IMG/VR virus record: IMGVR_UViG_3300002092_001096
Location: 1 to 25,145 of that record
Direction: 5' to 3' (one strand)
Source of the DNA: a virus
Taxonomy: Duplodnaviria; Caudoviricetes
Length of the DNA: 25,145 nt
Numbering within the stretch: position 1 is the first letter of the stretch; each line of letters begins with the position of its first letter. The notes beneath the pieces are model-generated. The model saw only the letters and a list, made by a program, of their open reading frames with translations. It was not told where the DNA came from and did not search any database. The position numbers and the translations under genes are program-made. Of the stretch, positions 7,454 to 14,885 are shown one piece after another.

Positions 7454-7642
7454 TTACTTGACAACCTCAAACGCTGTGCGATTGACAAGATAAGTTCTTT
7501 GAGGATTTGATTGGGTAAAGACTCGAACAAATTCGTTTGAGCCTTCCCTAATCACATCATCGTAATTTCTGGTAAATACTTCTTCTTTGGTATACTTGTT
7601 CACAAGTTTGACCAAATTGTTTTTCGCTTTGTACATGATCAT
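7454..7642 (-). CDS. Hypothetical protein
   Basis: 62 aa ORF filling the regA-hsp20 gap in the same orientation. Confidence 0.7.
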   Translation of the reverse strand: MIMYKAKNNLVKLVNKYTKEEVFTRNYDDVIREGSNEFVRVFTQSNPQRTYLVNRTAFEVVK

Positions 7643-7650
7643 TCACCATT

Positions 7651-8064
7651 TTAGTAATCGTTTTTCTTTTTACCAATGTTATATTTAGCAATCAGTTCCC
7701 ACTCATCCTTCTCTTTGAAAGCAATGATTTTGATTTGGTGGATTGGTGCCATGTTATGTTCAATTATATCATAGTTGATAATCTTTAACAATCCCCACTC
7801 CTCTAACAAGTTGGCAATAGCATTACGTCTTTGGATATCATTCTCGGTAATCGTGGATAGTTTACCGTCTAAAGCAAATAGTTCTTTGAAGTGTAAAATC
7901 GCATACCTTCCCTGTTTATGTAATATATGACAAGACTGATATAATACTTTTTCTTTTCGTGATGAAACGCCAATTCGTGTTAGCGTTTCTCTGACTTTTA
8001 AAAAATCATCTTGTTCATTAAGTTGAATCTCTACACCAATCCCTTTAAATATATCATTATCCAT
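7651..8064 (-). CDS. regA: RegA translational repressor
   Basis: DFLKVRETLTRIG, LYQSCHILHKQG, HFKELF, KYNIG closely match T4 RegA. Confidence 0.96.
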   Translation of the reverse strand: MDNDIFKGIGVEIQLNEQDDFLKVRETLTRIGVSSRKEKVLYQSCHILHKQGRYAILHFKELFALDGKLSTITENDIQRRNAIANLLEEWGLLKIINYDIIEHNMAPIHQIKIIAFKEKDEWELIAKYNIGKKKNDY

Positions 8065-8656
8065 TCTTAAAATTCCTATTATAATTATTATAAATTCTTT
8101 TTTTCAGATTACATTCCCATGAAATCATTTGTAGGTTTTTAATATCAGAACACTCTTCAATAGAGACACCAGAAACATAACATTCATACACACCATTAAT
8201 ATGATCAAGTTGATAACCCCCATCAACTCCACACAAAGTTCGCGGATAATTTTCTGGATTTATGAGGTTTTTATGTTGTGCATATGTTTTCTCAGTCAGC
8301 CATCTAACTTTTCGTTGATATATCTTATAATCAGTGGTATTTCTTTCTCTTTTAATATTGAATTTTTTCATCCAACCATGCAATGATGACTTTTTTATAT
8401 TTAGGTATTCGCATATTTCATCATTTGAATTACCCAACATCACTAAATTGCGTAAAACTTCCTCATCAATTTTATATTTTTTATTATTTCCACCACCTCG
8501 AATTCTCAATTTTAATCCGAAATGTAAAATCCATTTATTAATTCGTTTTTTTGTACACTTATAATAATCTGCCAATTCTTGTTGAGACATCGTTTCATAT
8601 AAGTTTTTAAATTCAACCGCATCGGGATATTGATTATATCCAACTAAATTAGTCAT
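8057..8656 (-). CDS. HNH-type free-standing homing endonuclease
   Basis: 199 aa, very AT-rich; two HTH-like repeats then GYQLDHI...IKNLQMISWECNLKK; lies between normally adjacent gene 62 and regA. Confidence 0.8.
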   Translation of the reverse strand: MTNLVGYNQYPDAVEFKNLYETMSQQELADYYKCTKKRINKWILHFGLKLRIRGGGNNKKYKIDEEVLRNLVMLGNSNDEICEYLNIKKSSLHGWMKKFNIKRERNTTDYKIYQRKVRWLTEKTYAQHKNLINPENYPRTLCGVDGGYQLDHINGVYECYVSGVSIEECSDIKNLQMISWECNLKKRIYNNYNRNFKNG

Positions 8657-8658
8657 TT

Positions 8659-8710
8659 TAATCCTTTAAAATACACAATTATGTATGATTCAAAGTATTA
8701 TTTAGTATTT
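8659..8710 (-). promoter_or_regulatory. Late-promoter-like box plus SD-sequestering hairpin for second HNH gene
   Basis: AAATACTAAATAA identical to 2903-2915; imperfect stem TAATACTTTGAA-TC-ATACAT / GTGTAT-TTTAAAGGATTA buries AAAGGA. Confidence 0.65.
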
Positions 8711-9090
8711 TTCAATCCTCCAACTGAAGTTTCTTCTTTTAATTGTTGGATTTGTTCGTTGGAAAGTAGGCGCAAGGCTTCACGTGCCTTGGTGTCGGAG
8801 AATCCATAGACCAGCTTCACGCATTCTATATCATCATTTTCTTCCGACTTTTCCCACTTCGCATAGGGTCTTTTCATAGACCTAACGGTGTAAAGTAAAA
8901 AGTCATTCTGCAACTTCTTGTCTAAATGGGGACGCTGATTCATCTGGTTTGCAAAAGCCACACAATCCTTATAAAAGGACAACCCCTTATTCACCAAGAA
9001 AGGTTTGTATGCTTTCTCGGTTTCCTCATCCACAATCAGATTCTTCTTAGGCTGAAGAATATCTTTAACATAATCAAAAGGGTTGCTCAT
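8698..9090 (-). CDS. 62: Clamp loader small subunit gp62
   Basis: 130 aa; YKPFLVNKGLS, ANQMN, LQNDFLLYTVRSMKRPYAKW, YGFSDTKAREAL; synteny 44-62-regA. Confidence 0.9.
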   Translation of the reverse strand: MSNPFDYVKDILQPKKNLIVDEETEKAYKPFLVNKGLSFYKDCVAFANQMNQRPHLDKKLQNDFLLYTVRSMKRPYAKWEKSEENDDIECVKLVYGFSDTKAREALRLLSNEQIQQLKEETSVGGLKNTK

Positions 9091-9494
9091 TTCTTTTTCC
9101 TCTTCTTAAATCTCCTGTTATACTCCAGCAATTTTTTAATACCCTCTTCATTGTCTCCTAGTAATCCAAAGGCAACGTTACATGCATTACAAAGCCATCC
9201 CCGAAAGACAAGTGTTTCTGGATCATGATCCATTGCCAAACTAACTTTTCTTCTGCCAGCTTGATTCACTGGTGGCTTACCACAACAATCACACACCTCT
9301 GTTTTTGGTGGTGCGGTCTTTCGTATATGATTTGTTTGCTTTGAACGTTCTTTGATACATGACCTGCATCGGGTATCATATCCATCGTAGCACCCCTTAT
9401 GTTTGGGGAACTCGAACAAAGGTTTTTCGGTGCTACAGTATGAACATGTTTTTGAAAGTACTTTCTCTTCCCCAAAAAGGTTCCGTACTTTCAA
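9087..9494 (-). CDS. Endonuclease VII-family (His-Me finger) protein, probable homing endonuclease
   Basis: 135 aa; CSYC...CRSC, CDCC, LAMDHD...RGWLCNACNVAFGLLGDN; TTG start; 4-nt overlaps with both gene 44 and gene 62. Confidence 0.85.
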   Translation of the reverse strand: MKVRNLFGEEKVLSKTCSYCSTEKPLFEFPKHKGCYDGYDTRCRSCIKERSKQTNHIRKTAPPKTEVCDCCGKPPVNQAGRRKVSLAMDHDPETLVFRGWLCNACNVAFGLLGDNEEGIKKLLEYNRRFKKRKKK

Positions 9495-10420
9495 ATAAAT
9501 TCCCCATTCGCCATGATCTCAGTCAGACATGCCACCAGATTGATTTCACGATCAGCAACGAATGCTTGTTTGTATTGATAGTCAGCAAGGATTACTACGA
9601 TCTGTGGGATGCATTGTGGTTTCAAAAAATCATACATGCCATCATAAAGCTTGCGATAGATTGTTGTATGGTCGCCATCAGATGTTGCTGCCCACTTACG
9701 CATAGATGTAAAGTCTTTGGTCTTCAAAAACTTAACAACATCAGCAATTGATATGTCAGCAATCTGAGATAGAAGACCCACATCAATCTTACCTAACTTA
9801 GCATATCGCTGTAGTTCATTGATGACACGACGAAAATCTGGAAAGTGTTTCTTGATAAGTTCAGCAACAACTTTCTTGTCGTATTCAGTTTTCTCTGAAT
9901 CTAGGACATGCTCAATTCGTTTGAAGAATCCAGATGCCATCTGTGTTTTCTCATCAGCCTTGAGATTGAAATCCACAACAGCACAACGTGAATGTAGTGG
10001 TTCAATGATCTTGGCTTTGTAGTTGCATGTGAAGATGAACGAACAGTTGTTGGCAAACTCTTCAATGGCATTACGTAGAATAGCTTGTGCATTGGCAGTC
10101 AAATAATCAGCTTCATCAATGATGATAACTTTCCTACCACCAAAAAATGCTAATGATGATGCGTAGTTCTTTACCTTGACACGAATTGTATCAACACCAT
10201 TCTCATCAGAACCATTGATTATCATGAAGTCGCAGCCGACTTCGTTGCACATCGCCTTGGCTATTGTTGTCTTTCCTACTCCCGCCCCACCAGACAACAG
10301 AAGATTCGGTATCTGTTTTTGGTTCACGAATTCCTGAAATACCTTCTTTAATCTGTCTGGAAGAATACAATCCTCCACTTTCGTTGGACGATACTTTTCT
10401 GTCCACAAGAGATGTTCCAT
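9491..10420 (-). CDS. 44: Clamp loader large subunit gp44
   Basis: LWTEKYRP, Walker A GGAGVGKTT, Walker B IIIDEAD, SRC motif, FPDFRR. Confidence 0.97.
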   Translation of the reverse strand: MEHLLWTEKYRPTKVEDCILPDRLKKVFQEFVNQKQIPNLLLSGGAGVGKTTIAKAMCNEVGCDFMIINGSDENGVDTIRVKVKNYASSLAFFGGRKVIIIDEADYLTANAQAILRNAIEEFANNCSFIFTCNYKAKIIEPLHSRCAVVDFNLKADEKTQMASGFFKRIEHVLDSEKTEYDKKVVAELIKKHFPDFRRVINELQRYAKLGKIDVGLLSQIADISIADVVKFLKTKDFTSMRKWAATSDGDHTTIYRKLYDGMYDFLKPQCIPQIVVILADYQYKQAFVADREINLVACLTEIMANGEFI

Positions 10421-10443
10421 GAGAACCTTTCACATAAATCATA

Positions 10444-11415
10444 TTAATTAAAAAACTCTTCAAGAGTTGTCTGACTATCCTCTTCTTTGATTACTTTTTC
10501 TTCAGCAGTAATTCTTTCTTGTTGAAGAGATTCATAGTCTTTGTTGAGTTCACAACCCAAATACTGCCTACGATTCTTAATAGCAACTGCTGCGGTGGTA
10601 CCTGAACCCATGAAAGGGTCAAGCACTATATCACCTTCACGTGAACCTGCCAATACACATGGTTCAATTAGTTCCTGTGGATAGACTGCAAAGTGTGCAC
10701 CCTTGTATGGTTTGGTATTGACTGTCCACACACTACGCTTGTTAGCTTTGGTGTAGTCATTCTTTTTTAAACCACCCATCTTTGTACGACCTGGTGTGTT
10801 GTTCAATCGAGTTTCATCTCGATTGCGATCTGTGTTGTCTGTGCTTGTAGCATCATACTTAATTGCTTCATTGTCGTAGTAATAGTTCTTCGATTTTGAT
10901 AGCAAGAAAATATATTCATGCGCCTTGGTGCAGCGATCACGAACTGATTCGGGCATGGGGTTTGGTTTGTGCCAGATAATATCTTGACGTAGATACCAAC
11001 CATCAGCACGGAGTGCAAAGGCAAGCATCCAAGGAATACCGATCAAGTCTTTCTCTTTCAGACCTTCAAGTTTCAATCCTCTTTTGTGACATTTTTCAAC
11101 TTCTGAAAACTTTTGACCTGCAATAGATTGTTTTCCTTGACGTTGCCCAACACCTGGACGGTAGTTGTAATAGCTGTCACCAATGTTAACCCATATCACA
11201 CCATCATCAGCAAGAATATTTCGCACATGTCGAAACACATCTACCAAATTCTCAATGAATTCTTCGGGTGATTCTTCAAGACCTATCTGACCTGAGTGAC
11301 CATAGTCCCGTAGACCATAGTACGGTGGGCTTGTGATGCAAGTTTGTACCTTCACACCTTCAGTTGCCCACCGTGCCATAGTCTCACGGCAATCTCCAAA
11401 CTCAATTTTGTTCAT
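10444..11415 (-). CDS. DNA amino-methyltransferase, beta class (probably N4-cytosine), orphan
   Basis: Catalytic TSPPY precedes SAM-binding VLDPFMGSGTT; no cognate restriction gene nearby. Confidence 0.92.
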   Translation of the reverse strand: MNKIEFGDCRETMARWATEGVKVQTCITSPPYYGLRDYGHSGQIGLEESPEEFIENLVDVFRHVRNILADDGVIWVNIGDSYYNYRPGVGQRQGKQSIAGQKFSEVEKCHKRGLKLEGLKEKDLIGIPWMLAFALRADGWYLRQDIIWHKPNPMPESVRDRCTKAHEYIFLLSKSKNYYYDNEAIKYDATSTDNTDRNRDETRLNNTPGRTKMGGLKKNDYTKANKRSVWTVNTKPYKGAHFAVYPQELIEPCVLAGSREGDIVLDPFMGSGTTAAVAIKNRRQYLGCELNKDYESLQQERITAEEKVIKEEDSQTTLEEFFN

Positions 11416-11433
11416 AATATAAAATAAAAAAAA

Positions 11434-11649
11434 TTAATCTTTTTGATTCAGAGTATTAACTACTTCAAGGTATGGTTCTTTGACATGCCAATCAGTACCA
11501 TTGACACCAAAGATAACTGTACGCATCTGTAATTTAGCATTCTCATCTGGTGTAATCAGTTCAAACACCGATGCTACAACATCAGAGTTGATAGCAATTG
11601 ATTCACCATCAAATGCAGTTGATGCATTTGTAAATATTTTTAAACCCAT
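11434..11649 (-). CDS. Hypothetical protein
   Basis: 71 aa, starts 2 nt after gp45 stop, same strand. Confidence 0.7.
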   Translation of the reverse strand: MGLKIFTNASTAFDGESIAINSDVVASVFELITPDENAKLQMRTVIFGVNGTDWHVKEPYLEVVNTLNQKD

Positions 11650-11651
11650 GA

Positions 11652-12332
11652 TTAAGCCTTTGAAAAAATAGAACCAGCTTCAGTTGCAACCCAATACTGA
11701 ATGTTGGAAGTTTTATGTTTAAAGTGTGAGATTCCTTTAGAAGAAATCTTAACCTCATACCCACCAGAAATCATCTTAAAGTTTTCTGTTTTAAATATCA
11801 TGCGATACGTATCACCATTACCTTTAGTGATCTGTAGGGAATCAGTGTGTTTGGAATCATCTGTCAAGTCTAATGTCGATACAAAAATCTCAGTGCCATC
11901 AGATTCAACAACGATATGTGGTGACGATAAAACGTTTGCTGCTCTCATGATCCAATCAAAATCTTCTGATGTCAATTCAAATGAAATTTCTGGATCAGGA
12001 ACTGCCAATTGTTTTTCAGGTGGAACAGTGATCATACTAGGTGCACAGAAACGATACTTGATCTTGCTGCGACCTTTCATACCAGAGATGAGAACATTGT
12101 TGTCTTGAAAGTCTAAGTTCGTATCATCTTTATGTAACGATAGAACAGTAAGAAAATTGTTCAGATCAAATACACCAAAGTCTGTTGGAATTTCTTCTGT
12201 GATTGTTGCTTCTGCCATCACATTCTTTTGGTTAGATACTGTACGAAGTGTCTTACCTTTTCTGAATAGAATGCCTTGATTAATTGAAGCAAAATTCTTC
12301 AATACAGTTAACGTGTCGTTGGACAGTTTCAT
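11652..12332 (-). CDS. 45: Sliding clamp gp45
   Basis: MKLSNDTLTVLKNFASINQGI, FGVFDLNNFL, YWVATE; GGAG SD. Confidence 0.97.
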   Translation of the reverse strand: MKLSNDTLTVLKNFASINQGILFRKGKTLRTVSNQKNVMAEATITEEIPTDFGVFDLNNFLTVLSLHKDDTNLDFQDNNVLISGMKGRSKIKYRFCAPSMITVPPEKQLAVPDPEISFELTSEDFDWIMRAANVLSSPHIVVESDGTEIFVSTLDLTDDSKHTDSLQITKGNGDTYRMIFKTENFKMISGGYEVKISSKGISHFKHKTSNIQYWVATEAGSIFSKA

Positions 12333-12352
12333 AATTTACTCCATGATTAAAA

Positions 12353-12688
12353 TTATTTTTCACTTGCTGAATACACTATATCATGTTCATATAAAAACAT
12401 CAAGCAGCATAAAGCATGTGCTAGATGATGTCTACCAGATTCAGGATCAATTGCTTCACCTTCTTTGAACGCCCACATGTGTCGTTGTGCTGCATCAAAG
12501 TATCGGTTTAGTGAATCAGGAACATGTTTCCAATTATCTGGTTCGTATTTCTCGGCACCGAAAGTCAGAACATCGGCAGTCGCTTTGAGTGCTAATGGTG
12601 GTAAAAGACCATAACGAATTTTACCACCATCAAATTTACGACCACCTTCTGTTGCTGTTTGGGATGCCTTGATAGCATCCTTATCCAT
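12353..12688 (-). CDS. dATP/dGTP diphosphohydrolase-like protein (DUF5664 type)
   Basis: GRKFDGGKIRYGLLP, VLTFGAEKYEPDNW, AAQRH, DPESGRHHLAHA. Confidence 0.82.
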   Translation of the reverse strand: MDKDAIKASQTATEGGRKFDGGKIRYGLLPPLALKATADVLTFGAEKYEPDNWKHVPDSLNRYFDAAQRHMWAFKEGEAIDPESGRHHLAHALCCLMFLYEHDIVYSASEK

Positions 12689-13503
12689 TACAGTCTACCA
12701 GTATACTGTGCAACTGCTGGCATATTACCAGTAAATGCATAGGTACCAATGTGTTGAGTCTTCATCCAAGGACACAGATAGATTTGACCACCCATCTTAC
12801 GCCACATCTGACAGAACATATAATCTTCTGACAGATAACGCTCAGAGCCACCACCTACGATAGAATCTTTACTGTCAATGACTGTATCAAAGTAAGCATG
12901 GATGTAACGCGAACCATCAAAGTGTTGTTGACCAATGTGATCTGGTTTGTATTTGATAGTTGGATACTCTACTGCCATCTTATCAAATACTTCACGCTTG
13001 ATCATCATGTGACCAGTACCAATTTCCATTACCTCTAGCGGTTCTGAAACTTGGAATTGTTGTGTGCCTTTAACAACGTTGAACACATATTCACCAACCA
13101 GATTCTCAAGTTCTTTGGGATTCAGGTCTGGATTCTTACGTGCAGTCTCGGCAATGTTATTCCAGTTGATAGATTTTTTAGGATATGGACCGCCGATAAC
13201 ATCTTTATCGAGTGCCATTAATGCTACGATATCATTCGGATCAAAATGAATGTCCGAATCGATGAACAACATGTGTGTGAAGTCTGTGCGAAGAAATTCA
13301 TCTACAAGGTAGTTACGTGCCCGTGTGATGAGAGATTCGTTGAATAGGAAGGAGAACTTTACTTCGATGCCATAACGCATCATGACGGTTTGTAAATCGA
13401 GACAGGACTTGACGTACAATCCATGTGACATGCCACCATACATCGGTGTTGCTACGAACAATTTATTTTTTCTCAATTCCTCAATGTTTACCTGTATTTG
13501 CAT
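12688..13503 (-). CDS. GT-A fold glycosyltransferase-like protein
   Basis: FVATPMYGG, SLITRARN, DxD in FIDSDI, GTGHMMIKR, LSEDYMFC. Confidence 0.72.
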   Translation of the reverse strand: MQIQVNIEELRKNKLFVATPMYGGMSHGLYVKSCLDLQTVMMRYGIEVKFSFLFNESLITRARNYLVDEFLRTDFTHMLFIDSDIHFDPNDIVALMALDKDVIGGPYPKKSINWNNIAETARKNPDLNPKELENLVGEYVFNVVKGTQQFQVSEPLEVMEIGTGHMMIKREVFDKMAVEYPTIKYKPDHIGQQHFDGSRYIHAYFDTVIDSKDSIVGGGSERYLSEDYMFCQMWRKMGGQIYLCPWMKTQHIGTYAFTGNMPAVAQYTGRL

Positions 13504-13514
13504 AATTTACCCAT

Positions 13515-13554
13515 AAAAAAGTGAAGATACCTTGTATATATGTATCTTCACTTT
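13515..13554 (-). terminator. Rho-independent terminator-like hairpin
   Basis: 13-bp perfect stem AAAGTGAAGATAC / GTATCTTCACTTT, 11-nt loop, ending in a T6 run. Confidence 0.7.
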
Positions 13555-13556
13555 GA

Positions 13557-13585
13557 AGTATGACAATCTGTTACAGCAATGTCAA
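13557..13585 (-). promoter_or_regulatory. Sigma70-like promoter
   Basis: TTGACA (13585-13580) - 17 nt - CATACT (13562-13557). Confidence 0.6.
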
Positions 13586-13612
13586 TACTTTTTATGGGTT
13601 TTTGTTTACTTT

Positions 13613-14797
13613 TTAAAAAGGTTGCTCGTCCATAGGAATATTGGTAGGTTCTTTTGGCACCTCATTCAGAGTTTCAACCGTAGCACCTGCATCAATTTTG
13701 GTATACAAATCCATGAAAGAGATTTTGGTATCTGTATCAAAACGATTCAGACTGTACTCAATGGCTTTCATTTTGCTGCCAAAGATACCGTAGGTCTTAA
13801 CAATGTGTACCAACCTACGTGTCGAGATGACCTCATCACAACCACCTTCGGCAAAGGTACGACGAGTAACATCAGCCCATGTCACAAGTTTCTGAGCAAA
13901 GTCATCATCAGTTTTACCAACTGAAGAAAGTTCTTTAGCAATAATCTTCTGTTCAATCTTTGCAGGTGGCCAATCTTGTTCAAATGTATTTGGAAAACGT
14001 TCCAAGAAAGCTTCGTTCAATACATTCGTAAACATATAACGACCATCATCAGAACCTTTACCTTTGGTATTTGCTGTAGCAAACACAGTGAAACCATCAG
14101 CAGGTTTAACCAATTCGTTTTTCTTTTTCAGAAGAAATGGTTTACCTTCAAAGACACGTTGTAGTGCTGATAGATTATTTGAACCATAATCAATCTCATC
14201 GATACACAGAACCGCACCTTGACGAGCAGCAACTGTTACTGGACCGTCACGCCACTCCATCTGACCATTGATCAACACAAAGTTACCAAGCAAGTCACCT
14301 TCATCAGTATCTGGAGTCATGGATACGCAAATAAACTTACGATTAAGTTTGGCACATGCATGTTCAATCGACATTGTTTTACCGTTACCCGACTGACCAG
14401 TAATGAATACAGGAAAGAACTTATTTGATTTGATGATTGCGACCACATCATCAAAGTTACCAAATGGAATGTAGTTGTCGTAAACTTCTGGCACTAGATT
14501 TTCTATTTCCAAATCAGTGACAACATTAGTGATACGATTCTCTACAGCTTTTGGTTGTGTCATTGGAATAACTTGTGCCACCATATTAATACCCGCAGCA
14601 ACATTAGCATCAAATACATTAGGAACTTTATACATACCACGACCAACACGATTGGCATCGTCTTTGGTGAACCACTGTGGCAAAGGTACACCTGCAATTT
14701 CTGCTATGTCTTTAACTTCTTGGAATGTAACTTCTGTTTTGTTAGTAGCAATCAATGCTTTGAGAAACTTCTCACGAACTTCAACTCGACTTGTCAT
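13613..14797 (-). CDS. CobS-like / MoxR-type AAA+ ATPase
   Basis: Walker A GQSGNGKT, Walker B LCIDEID, ATANTKGKG, LNEAFLERF, ISTRRL. Start moved to ATG 14797 (GGGAG SD). Confidence 0.9.
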   Translation of the reverse strand: MTSRVEVREKFLKALIATNKTEVTFQEVKDIAEIAGVPLPQWFTKDDANRVGRGMYKVPNVFDANVAAGINMVAQVIPMTQPKAVENRITNVVTDLEIENLVPEVYDNYIPFGNFDDVVAIIKSNKFFPVFITGQSGNGKTMSIEHACAKLNRKFICVSMTPDTDEGDLLGNFVLINGQMEWRDGPVTVAARQGAVLCIDEIDYGSNNLSALQRVFEGKPFLLKKKNELVKPADGFTVFATANTKGKGSDDGRYMFTNVLNEAFLERFPNTFEQDWPPAKIEQKIIAKELSSVGKTDDDFAQKLVTWADVTRRTFAEGGCDEVISTRRLVHIVKTYGIFGSKMKAIEYSLNRFDTDTKISFMDLYTKIDAGATVETLNEVPKEPTNIPMDEQPF

Positions 14798-14827
14798 AAT
14801 ATAAACTCCCATTCACAATGTACAACC

Positions 14828-14885
14828 ATTATATTTGATAAACGGTAAACTGTCAAGCACCAATTTACCGTTGTTTTTTTACCAC
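14828..14885 (-). promoter_or_regulatory. Perfect sigma70 promoter with upstream dyad element
   Basis: TTGACA (14856-14851) - 17 nt - TATAAT (14833-14828); imperfect dyad GTTGT-N6-ACCAC at 14870-14885. Confidence 0.85.

Noticed and set aside
12353-12688. Evidence for a Z-base (2-aminoadenine) genome
   Set aside because: No purZ in the window; this family also occurs without it.
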